Positions 35,087-50,625 of a stretch of DNA of 64,000 nt are shown here, piece after piece. Under the pieces are notes generated by a model that worked only from the letters and a program-made list of their open reading frames with translations, was not told where the DNA came from and did not search any database. This DNA is from Anthoceros angustus (lineage: Eukaryota; Plantae; Anthocerotophyta), in NCBI GenBank assembly GCA_010909165.1, contig VJWM01000204.1, positions 124,001-188,000 of the forward strand. The letters are read 5' to 3'. Position 1 is the stretch's first letter. Each line of letters starts with the position of its first letter. The position numbers and the translations under genes were made by a program.

Positions 35087-35761
35087 ATGGCTCGCAATGC
35101 GGCATCCCCGAATTTGAATCTCACGGCAGCGGCATTCCTGGCGGCGCTGCTCGTCACCTGGACGCCCCACTTGAGTTTGGCGGCCGACGAGGACCCTCTG
35201 CAGGACTTCTGCGTGGCCCAATCAGGCGCTCCCACCATCAACGGCCTCGTCTGCAAACCAGCCAATAGGGTGACGGCAGCCGACTTCAAGTTCTCGGGCC
35301 TCAACGCCCCCGGCAACACCGCCAACAAGCTCAAGGCTGCAGTAACGCCCGCGTCCGTTGCCCAGTTCCCGGGCCTCAACACGCTGGGCATCTCCGCCGC
35401 CCGCATCGATTTCGCGGCGGGCGGGCTCAACCCTCCTCACTCCCACCCGAGAGCCACCGAGCTGCTGTTCCTCGTGGAGGGCACTCTGGAGGTTGGATTC
35501 GTGTCTTCTAACGGCAACACGCTCTTCCAGCAGACGCTCAACAAGGGCGATCTTTTCGTCTTCCCCAGAGGCCTCCTTCATTTCCAGAAGAACGTCGGCT
35601 ACGGTCCGGCGTGGGCCGTGGCAGCCCTGGAGAGTCAGAATCCTGGAGTGCAGCAGGCAGCTGCTGCTCTCTTTGGCTCCCCGCTGCCATCGGATGTGCT
35701 GCAGCAAACGTTTGGAATCGATGACAAGACAGTCCAGTGGCTGGAGGCCAAGCAGAAGTAG
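35087..35761 (+). CDS. Germin-like protein (cupin), secreted, intronless CDS
   Basis: Signal peptide, DEDPLQDFCVA (box A), GLNPPHSHPRATELLF (box B) and FPRGLLHFQKN (box C). TATA (ctataaat) near 34846. Confidence 0.95.
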   Translation: MARNAASPNLNLTAAAFLAALLVTWTPHLSLAADEDPLQDFCVAQSGAPTINGLVCKPANRVTAADFKFSGLNAPGNTANKLKAAVTPASVAQFPGLNTLGISAARIDFAAGGLNPPHSHPRATELLFLVEGTLEVGFVSSNGNTLFQQTLNKGDLFVFPRGLLHFQKNVGYGPAWAVAALESQNPGVQQAAAALFGSPLPSDVLQQTFGIDDKTVQWLEAKQK

Positions 35762-36230
35762 ATGAATGCATTAGTTGGAGGTAGAGCTGCAATACATGGG
35801 CCCTCCGATAGACAGTCCATCAATCACCATAGCATTCACTCACAGTCCACTGGTCCTCCTAGACCTGCAGGATGTCACACCTGCTGCACATCATCATTCG
35901 AGATTCAACACTTTCTACATTTCTGAACGAAATTCCGGTATTCAGGCTGCCAAGCATTGCAATGCCAAGTTTCGCTCTTGAAGGTGTGTTCGTGGGACTG
36001 TTATCGTTTTTCAGAATCTTCAGCCGGACCCGTTTACCCATGACTGATGTGGGCTGAGCGATATTTTGATTTTAGCACGTTCCAGCACAAACCTTGGGCA
36101 TGTGGGAAGTGGTTTGATGCACGACATGGGGAAGTCCTATCGGCGGACCGTAAACGAAGGAGGATTTCACAGATGGCGGAGATAAGTTGAACGTTTTAAA
36201 TATTTACTAGGTCACACATAATATTGCAGA

Positions 36231-36247
36231 GCTGGAGTAGCTCAGTT

Positions 36248-36280
<33 letters not shown>

Positions 36281-36304
36281 GAGGTTCAAGCCCTCCCTCT
36301 AGCG
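36231..36304 (+). tRNA. trnN-GUU: tRNA-Asn (GTT)
   Basis: GCTGGAG/CTCTAGC acceptor stem, D-arm AGCTCAGTTGGTTAGAGC, anticodon arm TGTGG-CT-GTT-AA-CCACA and T-loop GGTTCAAGCC. Confidence 0.97.
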
Positions 36305-36605
36305 TTCATCTACCGACGCCTTCTGCTTCTCGGTGTCACCTTTTGCCTGAAATTCTGTACGTCTGATTATTCGAGATCAGTGCCACCAGTCTCTTAATCC
36401 TCAGTGTCTGAGACTGGAACCGTATTGAGATAGATGACCGGGTCACTCTCTGAATGTTCATAGCGATCAGTGCCAATCGCTTGCGGAATGTAGCGGTGTC
36501 CCTGGGACCCTGTCGGTCCCACTGCCCTTTAAGAGAATTGCAACCCTCCACACAGCCAGTGTCGAAGTCTTGAGCTCCAATGCCTGACGACATCAATGGC
36601 TAACC

Positions 36606-36755
36606 GATGGCACCAGACGCATTGAACCTGATTTGGTTGTTTCTGCTCGCTTGCTGGACATATACGCAAAGCGTGGGAGCTTGGAAGATGCTGAAGGACT
36701 GTTCGGTGAGCTGCCTCACATAGATTCAATCAGGGGATTCATCACCAATGCATGA
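36606..36755 (+). pseudogene. Isolated PPR-motif relic
   Basis: Reads EPDLVVSARLLDIYAKRGSLEDAEGLFGELPHID, a single S/P-type PPR motif like those of the intact gene at 42672-45623. It has no start and stops soon after. Confidence 0.6.
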
Positions 36756-37406
36756 AGGAAAGCTCGTGAGAGCTGTCGTGGGGACGGACCTTGTGGGGCC
36801 AACAAATTGGTGGCTTCACAGTTATGCTAGGATGGAGAGAGGCGCAGAGAGAGGCCGTTGGGAGGCTCGAACGTGACGAACTGAGGGCTGAAACTCAAGG
36901 TAGACCAGCACGGTTGCACGGAGTGTTGGGGCGCCCATCTTTGCTTCGATGTCGTCCAAGACAATGACGATGGGATGCTGCTCTTCTGCTGTAGAATGAG
37001 GTTTGTAAGACAGATATCTTGCAGCGTTTGATCAAATGTGAATCCAAGTCCAAGACAACATAGGGCTGCAAACGTTAGCTCAGCGACTCATTCTGAGTCG
37101 ATCCGGCCTTCTGGGGTTAATTACCCTATACCTGTACAGCTAGCCATCATGAACGATTCCTCTCCACTGCTGCCTCGGCATAGAATCCACCTATGCTAGT
37201 CCACGTGATGTAGAGTGCTAGGCCTGCGCTAGTCTACGTTTGCCGAAGACCTGCATTCCGCCAATCATGCATGGCAGTGACACCTCATCTACCGCTGAAC
37301 GGGTGGGAGAAGTCTGAACGTGAGAGTATGTACAAACCTGGAGCTTGGAAGCCTAAACAGAACCTGTTGAACCGATGAACCACCTCTTGGGTAATAACAC
37401 TGGCTC

Positions 37407-41659
<4,253 letters not shown>

Positions 41660-42671
41660 TTTTCGGTGCCAGCCCGGGCCAGCTGAAGGGAATTCAGATG
41701 CACCCGGTGGCCCGATACTGCTCAAGGTCTGGGGCCCTCGGCATTGCAGCAGCTGGTGCAGCGCGTCCCCAGAGACTCAATTGCTGCACATTGCGGACCA
41801 GTGAACGCAGCCAAGATGGCAGGCAGCAATTGCGCGTCCGATTCACCACCCTCGACTTCCCGCTCCTCAAATATCCATAGCCTAATCGGAGTCCGTTCTT
41901 GCTGCGAAACGCAGGGAGTTGGACTCGTGTGAAACCACCAAGTGGCACTCTATTTGACTGCATATTATCCACAGGTCCGAGTCAGTGCGAGCGGCTTGCG
42001 GCACTTTTCTTTTACCCTGCTTGCGGGGTGCGGTCCTCCAGTGTACGAGCGTGCCTAAGACTCCACGAACTCCGTTCACACCGCAGCTGGTTCAATCTGG
42101 TTTTTCCTTGTCTTCTTTCCGTTTCCACAGGAGCTGCTTGAGAAACACCAATGTACGAGCATGCGCGACTTTCACCATCTCTGTTCACACTGGAGCTGCC
42201 TGAATCGGTGGATATACCACAAAGCTCAAGACGAAAAACAAAACAACCAGTTTTTTGGTCTTGAGCATTTTGTCAAGACGGGAGTCACAAACGGGTCCCT
42301 CAGCCAAGACAAAAACTCCCGACAAGAGTCGGGAGCAAAGGGAGCAAAGGCGGGAGCAGGAGCAAGGGAAACTACCCGAATGCTGAGTACGTCCAGCATA
42401 CAGAACATTGGACAGCTCCAAGGAACATTCAACCAAAGGCATCCAAGACCGATCGAGACCGAAGCACCGTGGAAGCAACAAAACCCTCCGCTAACAGAAG
42501 GAAATCTGCTGCGAGGAGACCAACGGAGTACACCAGTGCCAGCCCATCAACTCCCAAGCAAGATCCTGAGACAGCTTAGACCCCCAGGGAACGAGAATCG
42601 CCAACCAACACCTTACGCAAAATGGAAAGATAGTTGGGGATCAAAGAAACGAACTCGAGTGGTCAAGCGTC

Positions 42672-45623
42672 TCAGTTGTTCAGTGTTTCTGTCAAAGACG
42701 TCAAGATGGCATAAATATTCCTTCTCTCAACGTGCTCTCGATCTTGAGCCATAAAAGAATGCACCAAACCGTCGACTTCAATCCAAGTACGGCCCGGTTC
42801 CTTGGGAACCCCGCATCTCGCCATGCTTTTCCTGACTTCTGCTTCGTCTTCCCACCTACCACTGTCAGCATAGATGCTAGACATGATCACATGAGCCGCC
42901 GGGTTCTGTGGATCTGTTCTCAAAATGGCCTCGAATGAGCGTCTGCCTAAATCTGCATCGCCGTGAGTCTTGCATGCTCTTAGAACTGACAACCACATCA
43001 TGGCATCAGCTTCTGGCACACTGAGCAAGAAGTTTTCTGCCTCCTGCAGATGCCCGGCACGACAGAGGAGGTCCACGATGCAGGCCTTGTGTTCGATTCC
43101 TGGGGTGATCCCGAAATCCTGCAACATACGTTGGAACAAGGCGGAGCCCTCGGCCAATAGGCCAGCATGGCTGCAGGCCATGAGGACATTCACAAAGGTG
43201 ACATCGTTGGGCTTCACACCCTCCTGTTGCATTTGCTGCACATGTCCAAGAGCTTCATGACCATACCCGTGCTGAGCACATGCGCCGATCATGGCATTCC
43301 ACGAGACTACATTCCGCCGAACCAGTTTCGCAAATACTTTCTGGGCATCGTTGAAGCAACCACATTTCGCATACATGTCAAGGAGTGTGCTTCCGACATA
43401 CACGTCTGTTTCAAATCCCCTCTTGATAATCCGGGCATGGATAGCCCGCCCCGCTGCCAAGGCTGCTATGCTGCTGCAGGCTTTCAGGATGCTCACAAAC
43501 GTGACCTTGTCTGGTTCCACTTCGGCATTCAGCATTTCCTGGAAGAGATGAAGAGCTTCTTGACCATGCCCGTGCTGGGCATAACCTCCAATCATTGCAG
43601 TCCAGGAAACCAAACGCTTTTCCAGCAAATTGTCGAAAACTTCCTGGGCCACATCCAGCATTCCATATTTGGAGTACATGTCAACAAGAATGCTGCCCAC
43701 ATTCCCGGATGATTCCAGGCCAGACTGTCTGACAAGGGTATGGACGTACTCAAGCTTATCTCTGTTTGCAAGACCACCACATCCCTTGAGGAGATTTACG
43801 TACGTGATCTCATTTGGCTGGACACCACAACGTGGCATCTGTGCAAAAAGATCGAAAGCCGTCTTAATCTTCCCAGCATGAGCATATCCCCCAATCATTG
43901 TGTTCCACAGTACCACATCTGTTTTACATAACTTGTCAAACACGTTACGAGCCTCGGCTAGGCTTCCACACTTAGCATAAAGGTCAACAAGGCTAGCGCC
44001 GATGACAATGTCATTTTCCAGCCCAGCTCTTACGAGAAGTGTATGGATCTGCCTGCCCTGATCTAGGGCGGCTGTGGGTACACATGACTTCAGAATGGTC
44101 GTGAAGGTGGTCAGGCTTGGCTTCATACCCTCCTCTTCCATTTGCTTCAAAAGCTGAAAACCTCGTTCACCATAACCACGCTCAAAATATCCAGCAAGCA
44201 GTGCTGTCCATGAAGATACATTTTTCGTAGGCATCTGCTCAAATGCATCCAGTGCATCTTCTAGGCTTCCACATTTGGTGTACATATACACTAGCGCGTT
44301 CCCAACCGCCAAATCCGAAAGGTGCCTACTTACCCTGAGTTGGGCATGAACTTTTCTGCCCTCCTCAAGTGATGCAATACTCCCACAGGTCTTCAGCATT
44401 ATGACAAAAGTTATTTTAGTGGGTTGCAGGCCCTCATTTTGCATTCGTAGAAATAGTTGGAGTGCTTCTTGAGCTTGTCCATGATGGGCATAACCCGCTA
44501 ACATCGCAGTCCAGGACACAACATTTTTAGCTGGCAATATGTTGAAGACATTCTGAGCTTCCTTCATGCTCCCACATTTTGCATACATGTCAACAAGTGT
44601 GCTCCCAAGCACGACATCCAATTCCAATCCGTGCCTCCTAAGCTGGGAGTGCATCTGTCTCCCCTGATGTAGTGATGCTAAGTTGCCGCATGCCTTAAAA
44701 ATGCTTACAAACGTGACTTTATTGGGCACCACGCCTTCCCATTGCATACCTTGGAAGAGGTCAAGCGCTTCCTGAGCATGCCCATGTTGGACATATCCTG
44801 CAATCAAAGCAGTCCATGTCACAACATTTCTAACCACCAAGTTGTCAAAAACAGCGTGTGCCTCGTCGAAGCTCCCACATTTGGCATACATGTCAACAAG
44901 ACTGCTTCCAACAATTACATCCAACTCTACCCCAGTTTGGATCAGCTGGGCATGAACTTGTCTACCCTGATCCAGGGCTGCTATGCTGCCACAAGCTTTG
45001 AAGACACTGGCAAATATCATATTATTTGGGCCGATACCCTCGAATTGCATTCGGCTGAAGAGCTGCAGAGCTTCATGTCCACGCGCCTGCCTGGCATATC
45101 CACCAACCATAACTACCCATGAGGCAGGATACTTTTCCAGCAACTTGTCAAACACAAATTTAGCCTCATCAAGTGAGCCGCATTTGGCGTACATGCTGAC
45201 CAGAGTATTGCCAATCTCGACATCTGCTTCATGGCCAGTTGCTCTGGCTTGTGCATGGATGGCCTTGCCTTCCTTCAGGGCTCCTAGGTTCGCGCAAGCC
45301 TTCAGGACAGCAACATAAAGCCGCCCTCTTACCTTCACGCCAGAGTCCAGCATTTCTTGATACAATCTGATTACCTTTCTGTCTTGTCCATGACTGGCAT
45401 GAGCAGAAATAACGGCTTCCCAAATTTGCACATTCGTTTGACACACTTGCCCATAAGGATGGCCTGCTTCCACCAGATTCCCATGTGGTGCTAGTTTGTT
45501 GCCAGCCGCCAAATCCCTTTCCTTGAGAGAGCACAGAGAATCAACCACCGAGGGCAGAGCTCGCTTGTCGGTTGGTACAACATTGCTGAATTCCCTGGAA
45601 TTTTGCAGCCCGCGGGCAGCAGC
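42672..45623 (-). CDS. PLS-class PPR protein with E1/E2/E+ (PG box) and no DYW domain; probable further 5' exons up to about 46050
   Basis: About 20 P/L/S motifs (e.g. GSSLVDMYAKCGS, VVSWTAMLAGYA, PNKVTFVSIFKAC), then EHKACIVDLLCRAG, PKEPGRTWIEVDG and a stop before any HSE/DYW. An acceptor CTAACAG at 45624 keeps the frame. Confidence 0.92.
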   Translation of the reverse strand, partial: AAARGLQNSREFSNVVPTDKRALPSVVDSLCSLKERDLAAGNKLAPHGNLVEAGHPYGQVCQTNVQIWEAVISAHASHGQDRKVIRLYQEMLDSGVKVRGRLYVAVLKACANLGALKEGKAIHAQARATGHEADVEIGNTLVSMYAKCGSLDEAKFVFDKLLEKYPASWVVMVGGYARQARGHEALQLFSRMQFEGIGPNNMIFASVFKACGSIAALDQGRQVHAQLIQTGVELDVIVGSSLVDMYAKCGSFDEAHAVFDNLVVRNVVTWTALIAGYVQHGHAQEALDLFQGMQWEGVVPNKVTFVSIFKACGNLASLHQGRQMHSQLRRHGLELDVVLGSTLVDMYAKCGSMKEAQNVFNILPAKNVVSWTAMLAGYAHHGQAQEALQLFLRMQNEGLQPTKITFVIMLKTCGSIASLEEGRKVHAQLRVSRHLSDLAVGNALVYMYTKCGSLEDALDAFEQMPTKNVSSWTALLAGYFERGYGERGFQLLKQMEEEGMKPSLTTFTTILKSCVPTAALDQGRQIHTLLVRAGLENDIVIGASLVDLYAKCGSLAEARNVFDKLCKTDVVLWNTMIGGYAHAGKIKTAFDLFAQMPRCGVQPNEITYVNLLKGCGGLANRDKLEYVHTLVRQSGLESSGNVGSILVDMYSKYGMLDVAQEVFDNLLEKRLVSWTAMIGGYAQHGHGQEALHLFQEMLNAEVEPDKVTFVSILKACSSIAALAAGRAIHARIIKRGFETDVYVGSTLLDMYAKCGCFNDAQKVFAKLVRRNVVSWNAMIGACAQHGYGHEALGHVQQMQQEGVKPNDVTFVNVLMACSHAGLLAEGSALFQRMLQDFGITPGIEHKACIVDLLCRAGHLQEAENFLLSVPEADAMMWLSVLRACKTHGDADLGRRSFEAILRTDPQNPAAHVIMSSIYADSGRWEDEAEVRKSMARCGVPKEPGRTWIEVDGLVHSFMAQDREHVERRNIYAILTSLTETLNN

Positions 45624-46608
45624 CTGTTAGACAGCATTCGTGTATGAGCCCAAGAATTCCAGGTCCTGGAGCAAATGTGTTACAAACATCTGACACTGGC
45701 ACCAGGCCAGGGATGACCGCAAACCATGGATGAGCTCCAATAAGAACAATATAAGTGGGGTGCGCTATCTGGCTTACCTGAAATGAACTTTCGTTTGAAC
45801 ACCGTGACAAAAGATCAAATGGATGACATGCATCCGGATCCTTCTCATGGTAGCTGAGGCCACCACCAACAAGCCGGCAAATTCAGCCATCCCAGAGCTC
45901 CTTTCCACATCGCTTAACAAATGCTCTGGACGAAACCCAGTGAAAGAGGTTGCAAGGTGCTAAGCTCCCGGCGTCATCTCCCGCAACACCTTCATAGGTG
46001 TGGTGTGGAACCGATGCTTGAGCTGCAGCAACTGGAGCAACCTCCATCGAACCACAGGTCCCAAAGAAAGATCGGCACCGAGCCACAGGAGACGGACCTA
46101 CGCAACTGAAACCCGAAAATCATCTAGATTGTGGATCAGTGGCGACATTCATCCAACTCGTTTACGTTCAGCTGTGTACATACAAAGACCGCTCGCACTC
46201 AACATTGCAGTCATCTGAGCTCAATGTAAAAAAAAAGCTCCGTTGTGTACCGAGCAAGAAGAAAGCTGTGTGTACGGAAAAGTGGACTACGCACCGATGA
46301 AACATGTCTTACATGGGACTTCCCAAATAGGATAATTGAACTCACCACAAGGCAGGATAATTGAACCCCTGTTTACAGCAAATGCCAAAACATCATCCCC
46401 CCCTCCCCCTAGTTGCGGGAAGCCAAAGGCAGACACCAAGGGTACACATATTGGTGAACTGGGAGTCCTGATTTTCGAAGATTCTCAACAAATTAGGCAG
46501 CCAGCTGGGAGCTGTCCACACAAGATGATCACCATGGCCCTTACAAATCATTAAGCCGGCAACCAGCTACCTCAAAAGTTATTTGAGCAGGAACAGATCT
46601 GATGAGGC

Positions 46609-47813
46609 TTATCCTACAAGCAGCTTGTTCTCCTCCAAAAATGAATAGGGTGGGACTTCAAGGTTGTAAGGAGCAGGTCCCTTGCGAACACGTCCAGATG
46701 TGTCATAGTGAGATCCGTGGCATGGACAAAACCATCCATGATAGTCACCGGCATTGGGCAGAGGCACACATCCAAGGTGCGTGCAGACACCGACCACCAC
46801 CAACCATTCAGGCTTCTGGACTCTCACTTCATCAGGTTGTGGGTCGCGCAACTCGTTCAAGTTGACATTCAAAGCAGCCTTGATGTCTTCTTCAGAGCGT
46901 CTTCGGATGAAGACCGGTTTTCCCCGCCACTTCACTGTGACTGTGGCACCTTTCTCAATGTTGGTCAGATCAACCTCCAATGAAGCCATAGCCAGGACAT
47001 CCTTACTTGCTGACATGCTTAGGATCAGCTTCAAAACCAAAAGCCGAAGTGCAGAGGCATAGGCGAATCTCCCTCCAGTAAGAAGAAAGTAAGTGAAAGC
47101 TTTCTTGCTCGGGTCCCCTGGCGCAAACCTCTCATGCACGTGTTCATCATACGTTATGGCATGAGTTGGGTTCTTCATGGCTGCCACAGTAGGAGACAGG
47201 CCATCTAGATCACCCTTGGCACTCAAGGCATCCGATGCAAACCCTGCCATCGAACCAAAACACTGTTACTTTGGGTCCTCCAACAAAACCACGACCAGGC
47301 AGGACGAAACACAAGCTCCTAGATATCCTTAAATACTGCAACCTCTGCGGCACTATCATGGTCCACTGCAAGCTGGTGAGTTAGACAACACTAATGACTT
47401 CACACGATCTACTAGACCTCGACCTGACTCCGCCTAGCAATTGGACTCCAGCAGACAACCCTGGCAGCCTACGACATCGAGCTACCGTAACTTTGGTCAT
47501 GATAGCGCTACTTTGGCTATGAGCAACGGACGAGGTACGTTAGCGGTGCTCCATGCTGCAACAAGGAGGGCGGATCTTTTGACGAAAAGCTGTCACAAGC
47601 ATTCCTGAGAGAAATACCTCGAGAAAAAGAAGGATTCCAAGCAGCCAGAATGGCAGCCACACCATCACTTCGGCCGTCCTCAGAAACCCTGTCGTCCAAC
47701 GATCCAATCCCTAGAGAGGAAACCCGCGTTACGCCCGACGAGGAGAGGGAGGGAGAGCAGGAGCCAGCCAAGCGCGCCAGCGACGGAAGCGCGCGCCCTA
47801 CCCCCCTCATCAT
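46609..47813 (-). CDS. Mitochondrial cytochrome bc1 Rieske iron-sulfur subunit (exons 47813-47618, 47243-46609)
   Basis: Presequence, then [27 protein letters not shown] and [12 protein letters not shown] (Rieske boxes). The phase-1 intron joins correctly. Confidence 0.96.
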
Positions 47814-48499
47814 CCTGGACACACCACCTGTGAGCACGACAGATCACACAGCCTTACAACAGTCAAGGGGAGCCCCGATGAGAAATTCAGCAGCATCAGT
47901 ACAGCTGGAGACAAGCACAGGAGAGGGTGCAAAGCGGGGGATCTGATTTACCTCACAAACTGCAGGAGCCTCCGCGGAAAGCAACACAGGAAAGTGACAA
48001 TGGAATGCACAGGTGCCCACGATCTGCGAAGAACCTGCGTGAATGACGACGTACCAGGCGCTTGTAGGGCTGCCTGTTAACCGAGGTTCAGCCCGAACCT
48101 AGTTTTTAAACAGAACCTCGTTATGTATTTCTGATCAGGTACTTATATTCCAGGTAATTTAGAGGACCCCAAAGGGGCCTACATCAGCGATTATAGCTGG
48201 CGGCCCTGTAGGGCTTCGGAGGGTTATTTAACCTACGGAGTTTCAATGAACTACATACTGGTTATCGTGTCACTCGTGAAGGATGAAGGGAGGACACCTC
48301 ATTATGTATTGTGGACTACCTTACTTGTATAACTTAATCTAGAAAAATCATAATACCTACAGAATATTAGCTAAAATTAAAAGAGGATTTAGCTAAGCTC
48401 ACCAAGATAATCATAATGGAGTTTCAGTTAAGTATACAAGCCTTTTCCTACATTTAGGGGACTCCAGTTATACACTCTAGTTTTGGAAGGCATCCAACT

Positions 48500-48905
48500 T
48501 TTGCAGCGGTGCATGAGCGTGGTGCGGTGCGGCGTGGTGCGGGGCGTGGGCTGTGCGGGGACCCGGAGGCGGTCAGGAGGCGCGTGGAGCTATGCGAGGC
48601 GGAGGCGGAGGCGGAGGCGGTGCGGGAATGCGAAGCGTGTGCCAGGAGTGCGGTGTGCCAAGGGCTAGGAGCGCGGAGCAGTGCGGGAGTGCGAAGCGTG
48701 TGCCAGGGGCCAGGAGCGCGGAGTGGTGCGGGAGTGCGAGGCGTGTGCAGTGCAGTGTGCGGGGACCCCGGAGGCGGAGGCGTGCGGAGTGCGGAGCGTG
48801 TGCAGAGTGCGGTGTGCGGGGACCCGGAGGCGGAGGCGGAGTGGTGCGGAGCATGTGCCACGAGTATGGTGTGCCAGGGGCAAGGAGCGCGGTGTGCCAG
48901 GAGCC
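48500..48905. repeat. GC-rich degenerate minisatellite abutting the RT fragment
   Basis: Recurrent gtgcggggacccggaggcggaggcg and gtgtgccaggggccaggagcgcg units. Confidence 0.8.
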
Positions 48906-50410
48906 AAGAGTGAAGCGTGGCGGGCTGCGCCTAGGGTGCACCCTATTGCCGTCAGGGAGGCGTTCTTGCGCCTCATAAGCCACAGCACTGTCATTCAACT
49001 CCGGGAGCAGTTGCAGGCGCACCTTTGCCCCCATCAATTTGGGATTGCCACTCCGGGGAGCTGTGAGTCAGCGGCCTTTGGAGTCGAGGCGGTTCTGGAG
49101 TCTCATCCGGATTGGGTAGCCCTGCAAGTGGACGTTGAGAACGCTTTCAACACAGTCTCTAGGACGGCTATTTTTACGGAGCTCAAGAATGCGGGCGCAC
49201 AGCTGCCAAGTCTTATTCTATTTGTCCACTTTTTCTATGGTTCTCCGTCTAACCTCTACTTTCAGCCTAGGCCATATACGGAAGGGGTTTTCGTGCTTGA
49301 CTAGGCGACAGGCACGAGACAAGGGGAGCCCTCTTCACCGTGGCGTACTTCAGGGCGGTATGCACTACTGCCTCTGCGCTCAAGAAGTGTCTCTTTCCGT
49401 CCGTGGTGGATGACACTCATAATATTATCTTAGGACCGGGGGACAAGGTCAGGGAGGCATTCGAACTCTTCTCCTCGAAGCTATCTCGCCTGGGCTTGAG
49501 GGACAAGCTCCTCAAGTGCAAGGTTTAGTCCCCGTCGGACATCGCTCCCTCTCTTCAATATCCTAGGGGGAAAATTGTTTCCGCATAGGGACTTCGCATC
49601 TTGGGGGTACCGATGGGACCCCCGGACTCTATTTTGCGTTTTGGCGATGCTACTTTTGACTTGGTCCACGTTAGCGACCTCTCTTAGTTAGGGGACCCTC
49701 AGGGGGCATTTGGCATCCTTTCTTCCTGCTTCGTGCATCGACCAGGGTACCTCACTAGAACGGTCGCTCTCTCCCCTGTTTTTCTATTAAGCTTGGGGAA
49801 GTTTGATAAACAGGTTATGCAGATGCATGAGGACATACACCTTCGAGTGTGCCGCAAGGGGTTGGCGAGGCGGTAAGCGTCCCTACCTGTCGCCTTTGGG
49901 GGCACTAGTCTACTGGCTATGGAGGCCTTAGCACCGGTGGCCTTCCTTAGGAGCTGGGCCCTCTCTACCCCCGTCTTGGCCTCTCGGTTCTTAATCTGAG
50001 ATTCCCCCATCTTGGAGGCCTTCGTCTCAGGTGTTGAGAAAAGAGGCCTTCCCCTTGCAGGTTTTCTCAAGGTTGGCTAGGGATTCCATCCTCGGAGGCC
50101 ACGGCAGCCATGCCTCTTTTTTCCACGCTCTCGGTGGACAGGCTGCATGGCCTTCAGGCCTTTCTCCCAGAGAAGCAGTTCGGATAGGTGCAAAGGGCCT
50201 TTCTTCTGGATTCTACTATTTCTCAACGTGCTCGAGCTCCCCCCCGCTCTTGCTCGGGGAAGGCAGTGGGCCCCTGGCTTCTAATTCGGCCATGCATCTA
50301 AGCTTTCCGAATCGCACCATCCTCTTTTTCTATCGCGATGAGTTTCCACTTGGGCTTGGTCCATCCTTAAGCCTGTTCTCTATCATCTTGCAATTGTGGG
50401 ACCCTCCTTG
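48905..50410 (+). mobile_element. Decayed CRE-clade-like non-LTR retrotransposon reverse transcriptase
   Basis: HPIAVRE..LRL, PHQFGI..PGSCE, HPDWVALQVDVENAFNTVSR, TGTRQGEP, SVVDDTH, and downstream GPWLLIRP...F..HLGL.HP followed by CNCG. Many stops and frameshifts. The clade call rests on recalled CRE motifs. Confidence 0.75.
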
Positions 50411-50625
50411 ACGTCTCCAAATGGCCGGGTAGATGAAAGACGTGGAGCCATAGAGAGCTCCCGAGGCAGAGGAAAAGCCGCCCGATCCAGGGAGAAGGGG
50501 TCCTCAGGGATATAGTAGTATATGTCAAGGGGCATGGCATCCTTCAAGGCTGGATGGAGGGCACGGAGGGCCGCAATGGTGTCCTCCGAAGTAGGGGCCG
50601 AAGGAGGTGGGGCGAAGAGTTCTCT
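50410..50625 (-). mobile_element. Inverted fragment of the pre-RT region of the same type of element
   Basis: The minus strand reads ELFAPPPSAPTSEDTIAALRALHP...PRLSSTRP, resembling the AP.SE.T..AL..LHP...PR.SS.GP motif upstream of CRE-type RT. Confidence 0.55.

Noticed and set aside
42161-42754. 197-aa plus-strand ORF
   Set aside because: No motif. It overlaps the PPR 3' end antisense and lies in the PPR 3'UTR / ATPase promoter region, so it is probably spurious.
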